A stretch of DNA of 64,000 bases from Eledone cirrhosa. Taxonomy: Eukaryota. Location: positions 22,630,001 to 22,694,000 of the forward strand of contig OZ024763.1 of assembly GCA_964016885.1 (NCBI GenBank), in the 5' to 3' direction. Each line of letters starts with the position of its first letter. The first letter of the stretch is position 1. The position numbers and the translations under genes are program-made. Under the pieces are notes generated by a model. It was not told the DNA's origin. It did no database searches and was given only the letters and a program-made list of their open reading frames with translations. This document shows positions 32,610 to 54,270 of the stretch, piece after piece.

Positions 32610-35600
32610 CTTACATACACATAATTACACATACACTTCTCAGTTAAGATTCTTACATATACATACACATAACTACACATACACTTTTCAGTTAAGATTC
32701 TTACATATACATACACATAACTACACATACACTTCTCAGTTAAGATTCTTACATATACATACACATAACTACACATACACTTTTCAGTTAAGATTCTTAC
32801 ATATACATACACATAACTACACATACACTTCTCAGTTAAGATTCTTACATATACATACACATAACTACACATACACTTCTCCGTTAAGATTCTTACATAT
32901 ACATACACATAACTACACATACACTTCTCAGTTAAGATTCTTACATATACATACACATAACTACACATACACTTTTCAGTTAAGATTCTTACATATACAT
33001 ACACATAACTACACATACACTTCTCAGTTAAGATTCTTACATATACATACACATAACTACACATACACTTCTCAGTTAAGATTCTTACATATACATACAC
33101 ATAACTACACATACACTTCTCAGTTAAGATTCTTACATATACATACACATAACTACGCATACACTTCTCAGTTAAGATTCTTACATATACATACACATAA
33201 TTACACATACACTTCTCAGTTAAGATTCTTACATATACATACACATAACTACACACACACTTTTCAGTTAAGATTCTTACATATACATACACATAACTAC
33301 ACATACACTTCTCAGTTAAGATTCTTACATATACATACACATAACTACACATACACTTCTCAGTTAAGATTCTTACATATACATACACATAACTACACAC
33401 ACACTTCTCAGTTAAGATTCTTACATATACATACACATAACTACACATACACTTCTCAGTTAAGATTTTTACATATACATACACATAACTACACATACAC
33501 TTTTCAGTTAAGATTCTTACATATACATACACATAACTACACATACACTTCTCAGTTAAGATTCTTACATATACATACACATAACTACACATACACTTTT
33601 CAGTTAAGATTCTTACATATACATACACATAACTACACATACACTTCTCAGTTAAGATTCTTACATATACATACACATAACTACACATACACTTTTCAGT
33701 TAAGATTCTTACATATACATACACATAACTACACATACACTTCTCAGTTAAGATTCTTACATATACATACACATAACTACACATACACTTCTCCGTTAAG
33801 ATTCTTACATATACATACACATAACTACACATACACTTCTCAGTTAAGATTCTTACATATACATACACATAACTACACATACACTTTTCAGTTAAGATTC
33901 TTACATATACATACACATAACTACACATACACTTCTCAGTTAAGATTCTTACATATACATACACATAACTACACATACACTTCTCAGTTAAGATTCTTAC
34001 ATATACATACACATAACTACACATACACTTCTCAGTTAAGATTCTTACATATACATACACATAACTACGCATACACTTCTCAGTTAAGATTCTTACATAT
34101 ACATACACATAATTACACATACACTTCTCAGTTAAGATTCTTACATATACATACACATAACTACACACACACTTTTCAGTTAAGATTCTTACATATACAT
34201 ACACATAACTACACATACACTTCTCAGTTAAGATTCTTACATATACATACACATAACTACACATACACTTCTCAGTTAAGATTCTTACATATACATACAC
34301 ATAACTACACACACACTTCTCAGTTAAGATTCTTACATATACATACACATAACTACACATACACTTCTCAGTTAAGATTTTTACATATACATACACATAA
34401 CTACACATACACTTTTCAGTTAAGATTCTTACATATACATACACATAACTACACATACACTTCTCAGTTAAGATTCTTACATATACATACACATAACTAC
34501 ACATACACTTTTCAGTTAAGATTCTTACATATACATACACATAACTACACATACACTTTTCAGTTAAGATTCTTACATATACATACACATAATTACACAT
34601 ACACTTCTCAGTTAAGATTCTTACATATACATACACATAACTACACACACACTTCTCAGTTAAGATTCTTACATATACATACACATAACTACACATACAC
34701 TTTTCAGTTAAGATTCTTACATATACATACACATAACTACACATACACTTCTCAGTTAAGACTCTTACATATACATACACATAACTACACACACACTTCT
34801 CAGTTAAGATTCTTACATATACATACACATAACTACACACACACTTCTCAATTAAGATTCTTACATATACATACACATAACTACACATACACTTCTCAGT
34901 TAAGATTCTTACATATACATACACATAACTACACATAGACTTCTCAGTTAAGATTCTTACATATACATACACATAACTACACACACACTTCTCAGTTAAG
35001 ATTCTTACATATACATACACATAACTACACATACACTTCTCAGTTAAGATTCTTACATATACATACACATAACTACACATACACTTTTCAGTTAAGATTC
35101 TTACATATACATACACATAACTACACATACACTTCTCAGTTAAGATTCTTACATATACATACACATAACTACACATACACTTTTCAGTTAAGATTCTTAC
35201 ATATACATACACATAATTACATATACACTTCTCAGTTAAGATTCTTACATATACATACACATAACTACACATACACTTTTCAGTTAAGATTCTTACATAT
35301 ACATACACATAACTACACATACACTTCTCAGTTAAGATTCTTACATATACATACACATAACTACACATACACTTTTCAGTTAAGATTCTTACATATACAT
35401 ACACATAACTACACATACACTTCTCTGTTAAGATTCTTACATATACATACACATAACTACACATACACTTTTCAGTTAAGATTCTTACGTATACATACAC
35501 ATAACTACACATACACTTTTCAGTTAAGATTCTTACATATACATACACATAACTACACATACACTTTTCAGTTAAGATTCTTACATATACATACACATAA

Positions 35601-37941
35601 CTACACATACACTTCTCTGTTAAGATTCTTACATATACATACACATAACTACACATACACTTTTCAGTTAAGATTCTTACATATACATACACATAACTAC
35701 ACATACACTTTTCAGTTAAGATTCTTACATATACATACACATAACTACACATACACTTTTCAGTTAAGATTCTTACATATACATACACATAACTACACAT
35801 ACACTTCTCTGTTAAGATTCTTACATATACATACACATAACTACACATACACTTTTCAGTTAAGATTCTTACATATACATACACATAACTACACATACAC
35901 TTTTACACTTTTCAGTTAAGATTCTTACATATACATACACATAACTACACATACACTTTTCAGTTAAGATTCTTACATATACATACACATAACTACACAT
36001 ACACTTTTCAGTTAAGATTCTTACATATACATACACATAACTACACATACACTTCTCTGTTAAGATTCTTACATATACATACACATAACTACACATACAC
36101 TTTTCAGTTAAGATTCTTACATATACATACACATAACTACACATACACTTTTCAGTTAAGATTCTTACATATACATACACATAACTACACATACACTTCT
36201 CAGTTAAGATTCTTACATATACATACACATAACTACACATACACTTCTCAGTTAAGATTCTTACATATACATACACATAACTACACATACACTTCTCAGT
36301 TAAGATTCTTACATATACATACACATAATTACACATACACTTCTCAGTTAAGATTCTTACATACACATAACTACACATACACTTCTCAGTTAAGATTCTT
36401 ACATATACATACACATAACTACACATACACTTCTCCGTTAAGATTCTTACATACACATAACTACACATACACTTCTCAGTTAAGATTCTTACATATACAT
36501 ACACATAACTACACATACACTTTTCAGTTAAGATTCTTACATATACATACACATAACTACACATACACTTTTCAGTTAAGATTCTTACATATACATACAC
36601 ATAATTACACATACACTTCTCAGTTAAGATTCTTACATATACATACACATAACTACACACACACTTCTCAGTTAAGATTCTTACATATACATACATATAA
36701 CTACACATACACTTCTCAGTTAAGATTCTTACATATACATACACATAACTACACATACACTTCTCAGTTAAGATTCTTACATATACATACACATAACTAC
36801 ACACACACTTCTCAGTTAAGATTCTTACATATACATACACATAACTACACATACACTTCTCAGTTAAGATTCTTACATATACATACACATAACTACACAT
36901 ACACTTCTCAGTTAAGATTCTTACATATACATACACATAACTACACACACACTTCTCAGTTAAGATTCTTACATATACATACACATAACTACACATACAC
37001 TTCTCAGTTAAGATTCTTACATATACATACACATAACTACACATACACTTTTCAGTTAAGATTCTTACATATACATACACATAACTACACATACACTTCT
37101 CAGTTAAGATTCTTACATATACATACACATAACTACACATACACTTTTCAGTTAAGATTCTTACATATACATACACATAATTACATATACACTTCTCAGT
37201 TAAGATTCTTACATATACATACACATAACTACACATACACTTTTCAGTTAAGATTCTTACATATACATACACATAACTACACATACACTTCTCAGTTAAG
37301 ATTCTTACATATACATACACATAACTACACATACACTTTTCAGTTAAGATTCTTACATATACATACACATAACTACACATACACTTCTCAGTTAAGATTC
37401 TTACATATACATACACATAATTACACATACACTTCTCAGTTAAGATTCTTACATACACATAACTACACATACACTTCTCAGTTAAGATTCTTACATATAC
37501 ATACACATAACTACACATACACTTTTCAGTTAAGATTCTTACATATACATACACATAACTACACATACACTTTTCAGTTAAGATTCTTACATATACATAC
37601 ACATAACTACACATACACTTCTCTGTTAAGATTCTTACATATACATACACATAACTACACATACACTTTTCAGTTAAGATTCTTACATATACATACACAT
37701 AACTACACATACACTTTTACACTTTTCAGTTAAGATTCTTACATATACATACACATAACTACACATACACTTTTCAGTTAAGATTCTTACATATACATAC
37801 ACATAACTACACATACACTTTTCAGTTAAGATTCTTACATATACATACACATTACTACACATACACTTCTCAGTTAAGATTCTTACATATACATACACAT
37901 AATTACACATGCACACACTTCTCAGTTAAGATCCTTACATA
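32610..37941. repeat. 5.3 kb satellite, 48 bp unit (~110 copies)
   Basis: Unit TTAAGATTCTTACATATACATACACATAACTACACATACACTT(C/T)TCAG, with rare 42 and 56 bp variants. Confidence 0.98.
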
Positions 37942-37964
37942 TCGACAGCTAGTCTAATAGACTC

Positions 37965-38670
37965 CTAGATGTCCATAGACACACCTTCTGTCAACATGTC
38001 CACTGATACATCTAGTCTAAGACATTCTATTCTTAGATGTCCATAAACACACCCTATCTCCACATGTCAACATCTCCACATGTCCATAGACACACCCTAT
38101 CTCCACATGTCTGCTGCTAGTCTAAGAGATTCTATTCCTAGATGTCCATAAACACACCCTATCTCCACATGTCAACATCTCCACATGTCCATAGACACAT
38201 CCTATCTCCACATGTCAACATCTCCACATGTCCATAGACACATCCTATCTCCACATGTCAACATCTCCACATGTCCATAGACACATCCTATGTCCACATG
38301 TCTGCTGCTAGTATAAGAGATTCTATTCCTAGATGTCCATAAACACACCCTATCTCCACATGTCAACATCTCCACATGTCCATAGACACACCCTATCTCC
38401 ACATGTCTGCTGCTAGTCTAAGAGATTCTATTCCTAGATGTCCATAAACACACCCTATCTCCACATGTCAACATCTCCACATGTCCATAGACACACCCTA
38501 TCTCCACATGTCAACATCTCCACATGTCCATAGACACATCCTATCTCCACATGTCAACATCTCCACATGTCCATAGACACATCCTATCTCCACATGTCAA
38601 CATCTCCACATGTCCATAGACACACCCTATGTCCACATGTCCACTGCTAGTCTAAGAGATTCTCTCCTAG
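37965..38670. repeat. Compound minisatellite (CCATAGACACACCCTATCTCCACATGTCAACATCTCCACATGT, interleaved with GCTAGTCTAAGAGATTCTATTCCTAGATG)
   Basis: Direct reading. Confidence 0.9.
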
Positions 38671-38724
38671 AAATGTCACTGCACTGTTATTGTGAATGTT
38701 TTGCTTTCTTTTCTCTCCTCTCAG

Positions 38725-38906
38725 TAGTGGCAGCCATGAACAAACACCATGTAGCTATCCAGCTAGCAATCCTATCTCTTGCTCATACAATATTGCTACC
38801 GCCATTGATCCCACTTACAAACGAAGGCAACACGAAATTCACGCTGCCGATGAAACTGAACCCAAAATATCTCTAATGCTATCTCGTTCTCTACCTCTAC
38901 ACGCAG
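38725..38906 (+). CDS. CCDC50: CCDC50-like gene, exon E (SGSHEQTPCSYPASNPISCSYNIATAIDPTYKRRQHEIHAADETEPKISLMLSRSLPLHA)
   Basis: Strong pyrimidine tract plus CAG, donor GTGAGT, phase 2 to 1; NIAxAIDPTY motif recalled from invertebrate CCDC50-like proteins. Confidence 0.8.
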
Positions 38907-38984
38907 GTGAGTACTGCTGCTAGTTAACCTGGGCCTCAACAGATCGGCCCCTAATGTGCTCCGCTGCTTTAAGCTTTTGCAACA

Positions 38985-39430
38985 GATTAGCGTCTGTAGC
39001 TGTCAGATTGACATCTCTCAGTGCCAGATTAGCATCTGTTGTCAGATGCACGTCTGTCACTCCAAGATTAACATCTGTAGCTACCAGATTAACATCTATC
39101 ATTGTCAGATGGACATCTGTAGCTATCAGATTAACATCTGTCACTGTCAGATGGACATCTGTAGCTACCAGATTAACATCTGTCACTGTCAGATGGACAT
39201 CTCCAACCACCAGATTAATATCTGTCACTGCCAGATTCGCATGTCGCTGCCAGATTCGCATCTGTCGCTGCCAGATTAATATCTGTCACTGTCAGATTAG
39301 CATCTGTAGCTATCACTGCCAGATTCACATCTGTAGCTGCCAGATTAACACCTGTCACTACCAGATTAACATCTGTCACTACCAGATAAACATCTGTAGC
39401 TGCCAGATTAACATCTATCATTGCCAGAGA
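38985..39430. repeat. 21 bp degenerate minisatellite (CAGATTAACATCTGTAGCTAC / ..GTCACTGT)
   Basis: About 21 units. Confidence 0.9.
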
Positions 39431-39684
39431 CTTCCAGAATCTACCGATAGTCATTGCATTCAGTTAGATTTTCCTGGTTATTTTATGTTCTATACTCGGA
39501 GCCATAGTAAATATATTCACTATGGCCCCGATTTCTTGGTTTTTTACGAAGCACTGGGGGGATAAAGTTTATATAAAGAATGGTGAACCCATGTAGAAAT
39601 CATCTGCTGGCCAATGGCAACTTCTTTTTCTGTCTTTTAAGGGTCTTCCCTCTATTTTCTAAGATATTTCATAGCATCTCCACA

Positions 39685-39853
39685 CACGTCAGACAAATGC
39701 CTTGCAGTGTTTGTTCCTACTCTTTACATTCTGAGTTCAAATCCTACCGAGGTAAACTTTGTCTTTCATCCTTCTGGGTTCAATGAAATGAAGTACCAGT
39801 AATACACTGGGGTTGATAAAATTGCTGTCTTTGTGTCTAAAGTAGAAATCATT
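39685..39853 (+). mobile_element. Older degenerate Meta-like SINE copy
   Basis: CTGAGTTCAAATCC...CTTTCATCCTT...AAGTACCAGT...AAAGTAGAAA. Confidence 0.75.
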
Positions 39854-39891
39854 TATTTTCATCGTTATTTTTATTCTTATTGTTATTATAT

Positions 39892-40049
39892 ATCATCATC
39901 ACCATCATTATTAGCATTACCATCATCACCATTACCACCATCACCATCATCACCATTACCACCATCACCATCATCACCATTATCACCATCACCATCATCA
40001 CCATTACCACCATCACCATCATCACCATTATCACCATCATCATCATCAT
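39892..40049. repeat. (CAT/CAC)n trinucleotide repeat
   Basis: Direct reading. Confidence 0.93.
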
Positions 40050-40098
40050 GTGACTTTGACTAATTATATTTCTGTTCCCTTATAATTAACTTGATCAG

Positions 40099-40200
40099 AT
40101 ACAGATTTGGAGTGGGACCCTGGACTCCGAGGTAGCTTGCGCCGACCTAAAATGGCCCACTGGAAACATATAGCGACTTTACGTGGTACCACCACTGAAG
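40099..40200 (+). CDS. CCDC50: CCDC50-like gene, probable symmetric exon F (DTDLEWDPGLRGSLRRPKMAHWKHIATLRGTTTE); alternative acceptor at 40105
   Basis: Complex sequence island between repeats; AG|GTATTC donor; phase 1-1, in frame with exons E and G. Confidence 0.6.
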
Positions 40201-40229
40201 GTATTCACCACTCCTACAACTGCTTCATC

Positions 40230-41028
40230 CTAACCCTCCCTCTTTCTCTACCTTCTCCCCCTCCACTACCCCCCTCACCCTCCCTCCTTCACTACCCCCT
40301 CTTCTGTACCACCTCATCCTCCCTCCTCCACTACTCCCCTCTCCTCTACCACTCACCCTCTCTCCTCCACTGCCCTCTCTCCTATAAGCCCCTACCCTCC
40401 CTCCTTCCTCCACTATCCCCTCTCCCCACTACCAGCTACCGCCCCTCCTCCTCTGTTACCCCCTAATAAATTCATACTTCCTCTCCACCTCATATACTCC
40501 TCCCCTCCTATCTCTCCCCCACCTTCTCCCCACTTTGCTTTAATTTTTAATTTTTTCAATTCAACTTAAAAAAAACAACTTTTGTTTGCCTTCAGTATCT
40601 TCCCCTCCCCCTCCCCGCCCTCTCCCACTACTCCTCTGCTACTTTAACTGTTTTTTTATATTTTAACTTTAACCTTTGCTTCTCTCTTTCTCTCTCTCGC
40701 ATTCTCTTTAATTCTCATTCTCTCTCTTTCTCTTTAATTCTCATTCTCTCTCTTTCTCTCTCATTCTCTCCTTTTCTCTCTCTTTCTCTCTCTCATTCTT
40801 TCTCTCCTCTCTATCTCTTCCTCTATCATTCTCTCACCTTCTCTCTCATTACCTTTCCTTTTTTCTCTCACTCTCTCTCTCTCCCTCGCATTTGCTATCA
40901 CTCTCTACTCTCCACTCTCTCTTCTATCCACTCTCTCTTCTCTCTCTCTGTCTCTCTTTCTCTCTCTTTCTCTCTCTCTCTGTCTCTCTCTCTCTCTGTC
41001 TCTCTCTCTCTGTCTCTCTCTCTCTCTG

Positions 41029-41059
<31 letters not shown>

Positions 41060-41100
41060 CTCTCTCTCTTCTCAATCTCTCACTCTCTCTCTTTCTCTGT
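40230..41100. repeat. Polypyrimidine / (CT)n tract
   Basis: Direct reading. Confidence 0.9.
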
Positions 41101-41157
41101 CAATATTTTAGCTTTATATTCTCGCTGCTTTCCTCCATCTGCAGTTTTGTGTGATAT

Positions 41158-42400
41158 TGTAGTGGTGTGGTGTTGGTTGGTGTGGTAGTGTGGTGTGGTA
41201 GTAGTGTCAGATGGTACTGTAGTGTAGTGTAGTGTGGTAGTGTGATGGTACTGCAGTGTGATGTGGTGGTAGTGTAGTGTGGTAGTTTGATGGTACTGTA
41301 GGTGTAGTGTCGTGTCGTGTGGTGTGATATGGTGGTGTGGTGGTGTGGTGGTGTGGTAGTGTGATGGTATTGTAGTGTGATGTGGTGGTAGTGTCGGGTG
41401 ATCTGGTGGTAGTGTGGTGTGGTGTGTTGGTACTGTAGGTGTGGTGTCGTGTCGTGTGGTGTGATATGGTGGTGTGGTGGTGTGGTGGTGTGGTGGTGTG
41501 GTGGTGTGGTAGTGTGATGTGGTGGTAGTGTTGGGTGGTCTGGTGGTAGTGTGGTGTGGTGTGTTGGTACTGTAGTGTAGTGTGGTGTGGTGTGGTGTGG
41601 TGTGATATGGTGGTGTGGTAGTGTGATGTGGTGGTAGTGTTGGGTGGTCTGGTGGTAGTGTGGTGTGTTGGTACTGTAGTGTAGTGTCGTGTGGTGTGAT
41701 ATGGTGGTGTGGTGGTGTGGTAGTGTGATGGTATTGTAGTGTGATGTGGTGGTAGTGTCGGGTGGTGTGTTGGTACTGTAGTGTGGTGTCATGTGGTGTG
41801 ATATGGTGGTGTGGTGGTGTGGTAGTGTGATGTGGTGGTAGTGTTGGGTGGTCTGCTGGTAGTGTGGTGTGTTGGTACTGTAGTGTGGTGTCATGTGGTG
41901 TGATATGGTGGTGTGGTGGTGTGGTAGTGTGATGTGGTGGTAGTGTTGGGTGGTCTGCTGGTAGTGTGGTGTGGTGTGTTGGTACTGTAGGTGTAGTGTC
42001 GTGTGGTGTGATATGGTGGTGTGGTAGTGTGATGTGGTGGTAGTGTTGGGTGGTCTGGTGGTAGTGTGGTGTGGTGTGTTGGTACTGTAGGTGTAGTGTC
42101 GTGTGGTGTGATATGGTGGTGTGGTAGTGTGATGTGGTGGTAGTGTTGGGTGGTCTGGTGGTAGTGTGGTGTGGTGTGTTGGTACTGTAGTGTGGTGTGG
42201 TGTGGTGTGATATGGTGGTGTGGTGGTGTGGTGTGATATGGTGGTGTGGTAGTGTGATGTGGTGTGGTGTGGTGTGATATGGTGGTGTGGTAGTGTGATG
42301 TGGTGGTAGTGTCGGGTGGTCTGGTGGTAGTGTGGTGTGTTGGTACTGTAGTGTAGTGTGGTGTGGTGTGGTGTGGTGTGATATGGTGGTGGGATGGTAT
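41158..42400. repeat. GT-rich compound repeat (TGTGG/TGTAG/TGG) with ~90-120 bp super-units
   Basis: Recurring anchors GTTGGTACTGTAG and GGTGGTCTGGTGG. Confidence 0.9.
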
Positions 42401-42444
42401 TCTAGTGTGATTTTCAAATCTTTTTTTTTTATAATTTTCCTTAC

Positions 42445-50835
<8,391 letters not shown>

Positions 50836-51054
50836 GCACCTGACTATGCTTCTATACTATTATACAATACTTACCTGTATATGTACTACTAACGACACCT
50901 ACCTGTGTATCTACACCACCAGACTCTAAATAATCCACTTCCTCGTCCTTCTCCTCCGCTTCAGTTTCCATCTTTGTCTTCTCTTCCTATATTGCTATAT
51001 ACTCACATTGTTGTTGTTGTTGCTACTGTCATATTGTTCTGTGTTTATATATTT

Positions 51055-51363
51055 ACTAGCAGATGTACCCGGCGTTGCTCGGGAAATGAATGACTGCCTG
51101 TTTGTCCGTAACGGCCTAGTACTTCAAAAGTTAAAAGGAGTATTTGTACACAGACAGATACACACACAAAATCGATTTTTCGGCCCCAATATCGATTTCT
51201 TTTCAAATTTGTTTTTGTCCAAAACCTGCTCTGGCATATAAGCAACATGTGTGCTAAATTTGGTTGAAATCGGCCTAGTACTTCAAAAGTTAAAAGGAGC
51301 CTAGTATTTGTACACAGACAGATACACACACACACAGACCGACTTGCTTTTATATATATAGAT
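51055..51363 (+). mobile_element. Non-autonomous Helitron/Helentron-like element (Lep1/DINE-type architecture)
   Basis: 5' ACTAGCAGATGTACCCGGCGTTGCTCGGG hairpin, AAATTTGGTTGAAATCGG motif, CAGA/CA microsatellite and TATATAGAT end; an internal ~55 bp block is duplicated. Confidence 0.7.
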
Positions 51364-51574
51364 TTCTTGTACAAGTGTATGTATATATATATAGAGTTCT
51401 ATATGTATGTATATATATCTTGTAAATGTGTATGTATATATATAGTTCAATGTGTATGTATGTATATATATATAATTCAATGTGTATGTATATATAGTTC
51501 AAGAATAAACAAGACTAACAGAGATGCAAAAATAATCATATATATATGTATATATATATATAATGAAAAATTGA

Positions 51575-52640
51575 ACAGGGACAGAACAGAGAGGCAGTAC
51601 GATAAATGTTTATTAAATTCACGCTCAGGAGAGTGGGGGGTAGGTGGGGGACGACGTTTCGGGCATAAGCCCTTCTTCAGGTGAGAAGTGTGTGGGAACA
51701 GAGTTCAAAAGGTGTGTAGGGGAGTGGTGGAGAGACATATAGCGAAAGGAAACGGTGCGAATGAAAAATTAACAAATAAAGACAAAAAATATAATAAATA
51801 ATAAATAAAAATAAAGCATGATCAAAATACAAGGAATGAGAAAATTTAAAAATAAAGGCATGATCAAAATAAACTGAAATTAAAAGGGGGGTAAACAGGT
51901 GGTGGAAGGGTGTGTGGTGAGTAGGGGTGGTGGCGGGTGGAGTGGGGAGAGGGAGACGGGGTGTCCGAGCGGGGAGGGCTGAAGGTGGTGTGTGTGGTTA
52001 GGTGTGCGTGTGTGTGTGTGTATGTGAAAGTGAGGGTTGCATGTTCAGGAAGGTGTGTGTGGGGGGTGTTTTTGTGGGTCGGAGTGTCTGTGCGTGTGTG
52101 GATAGGGGGGTGGGGGGAGAGGAATCAGGAGGCTGAGGGTGTAAATATGTGGTGGGAAGCACGTGTGTGTGGTTTAAGCGTGTTGTGGGTGGCGTGTGGA
52201 TAAAAAAAATTTTTGTTGGGGTGTGTGTGTGGGTGAGTTATATAGGTGATGGTGTAAGAGGATGGTTGAAAAGTTGGTAAGTTCCACGGATGTTTGGAGA
52301 TTTTGGTTAGAAGTCAATTTCACGTGTGGGTAATCCAAGAAGCGGTGGTCGGAAGAGGAGAGATGTGGGGTGCGCGCGCAACAGGAAGTGGTCAGCAGTG
52401 GGAGTGCTGTGGTCAGTTGGTGCTGAGACAGTGGTCGGAAGGGCATAGCAGCAGTCGGCGGAATGGTAGGGAGGCGAGGATGGGTAGGTGTGAGAGTTGG
52501 AGTGAGGAGTGTGTGTGTGTGTGTGTGTATTAGTAGGGGTGTTAGTGGGATGAGTGAGTGTGGAGCGGGGAGAGAAGAGTGTGTGTGGTTCTATGGAGGG
52601 AGTGTGGTGTACTGGTGTGTGGGTAGTTTGGTGAAGTATA
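51575..52640 (-). mobile_element. Probable degenerate Penelope-like retroelement remnant with a hammerhead-like core at 51650-51680
   Basis: Minus strand CTGAAGAAGGGCTTATGCCCGAAACGTCGTC followed by AATAAA; strong strand skew; no intact ORF, so boundaries are approximate. Confidence 0.5.
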
Positions 52641-53034
52641 CACCCATTTATTCTAGACTATATAAATATATATATATGTACACACACACACTTTCATTTT
52701 AGACTATATATATATACACACACATATTCATTCTAGACTATATATATATATATATTCATTCTAGATTATATGTTTTGCTTGAATAACATTTTAATTTGTT
52801 GGATTTGAACTCACCTTAATCTTTTCTCTTCTTTTCCATTTTAATTCTAACATTTTTAATTTTTTGATAATAATTGCATTCTATTGTTTGTTTTAATTAA
52901 TTAATTTAATTTTGTTTCAGCAAAAAATAATAATAATAATAATCTCAGACTGATTGACAACACACAGACAGATACAGTCACATGACTAAACCCCCAAGAC
53001 TTCCAAATACATATGGTACCTTATATATACGGTA

Positions 53035-53599
53035 CGAGGGGGCTTCAAAATGTTTGTGGAAAAAGGATAGTTGGAAAAAAGGGTTTAAGTTATGATGTTT
53101 ATTTTTCAACATATGCTCCAGCTAGGCCAATACACTTCTGTAAGTGTTGATACAAGTCTTTAGGTCTATCTGTGTAACACTGAGGGCCATGTGATTTACA
53201 CCATGTCAAAACAGTTTTTTTTACATCTTCAACTGGGGATCATCTTCAACCTCATCTCTTCCACTTCTAAAATGACTCATCCATTTGTAAGTTGTTGATT
53301 TCTTTGGGGCATTGTCCCCAAAAACTTGCTCCAGGGAGTCAATGATTTGGCTGTTCTTCCACCCTAGCTTCACCATGAATTTGATGTTTGTCCTGGCCTC
53401 AATTTTGATGGAGGCCATGTTGCTTGAGCAGGTGCTGACTACAGACTGGTGGCGCCGCATTACAACATATATTTAAGGGTTCATGTTAGGACATGTTACG
53501 ACACGTTAGTATGAGAACGTACAGATACATTGAGACCAAAATCCCTGCTTATGATTTTTAGTTATGTACTTTTTCCACAAACTTTTTGAAGGCCCCTCA
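53035..53599 (-). mobile_element. Internally deleted mariner transposon (irritans/Hsmar2-like)
   Basis: TA TSDs (53033-53034, 53600-53601); ~31 bp TIRs CGAGGGGGCTTCAAAATGTTTGTGGAAAAAG; transposase N- and C-terminal remnants. Confidence 0.92.
53099..53418 (-). pseudogene. Mariner transposase remnant: N-terminal HTH fused out of frame to the last ~45 codons
   Basis: MASIKIEARTNIKFMVKLGWKNSQIIDSLEQVFGDNAPKKSTTYKWMSHFRSGRDEVEDDP // VEDVKKTVLTWCKSHGPQCYTDRPKDLYQHLQKCIGLAGAYVEK*; the DDD domain is deleted. Confidence 0.9.
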
Positions 53600-53628
53600 T
53601 ATACAGAAAATATCACTACTAGACACTG

Positions 53629-53660
<32 letters not shown>

Positions 53661-53680
53661 GGAAAATGCATAACCCCAAC

Positions 53681-53756
53681 GGCAGAGCTCAAGACATTTC
53701 GACGGCTATTTCTGGACTAGTCCAGAAATAATCGTCAAAAGGGCTTGAGCTCTGAC
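53681..53756. repeat. Loop-less palindrome centred on TTTCTGGACTAGTCCAGAAA
   Basis: CAGAGCTCAAG...CTTGAGCTCTG outer arms. Confidence 0.8.
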
Positions 53757-53862
53757 GTCAGGCTCATATATTTTACAATTACCCACTCTACTACCCTAAG
53801 TATTGAGTACTCTGGTGCGTTATGATCCATCTGGTTCCTTACCACAACTCCTTTGTTATATA

Positions 53863-53995
<133 letters not shown>

Positions 53996-53998
53996 ATG

Positions 53999-54040
<42 letters not shown>

Positions 54041-54112
54041 CACACATACAAACAGACAATGTGTATTATTATATATATATATATATATATTTGTTTCTAT
54101 TTCCTTCAACAG

Positions 54113-54270
54113 AAGAAACGTTAGATGATGATGATGATTTAACTAATGGAGTGACCAACTCTGGCCCACAGATACAGCCGGTACCAGGACAGCGGAGAGC
54201 AGCTACTATTGACCGAAACAAGAAACTGAAGAAGCCAACCAGTAAAAATGGAACATGTAGACAACAATAA
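54113..54270 (+). CDS. CCDC50: CCDC50-like gene, terminal coding exon G ([51 protein letters not shown])
   Basis: Acceptor TTCCTTCAACAG, phase 1, TAA at 54268-54270. Confidence 0.82.

Noticed and set aside
32573-37916. Long (MCSYVYVYVRILTEKC)n ORFs
   Set aside because: Satellite translation; the frame is broken by 8 bp insertion variants
38954-39565. 203 aa ORF and overlapping ORFs after exon E
   Set aside because: 21 bp minisatellite, open on both strands, downstream of a strong donor
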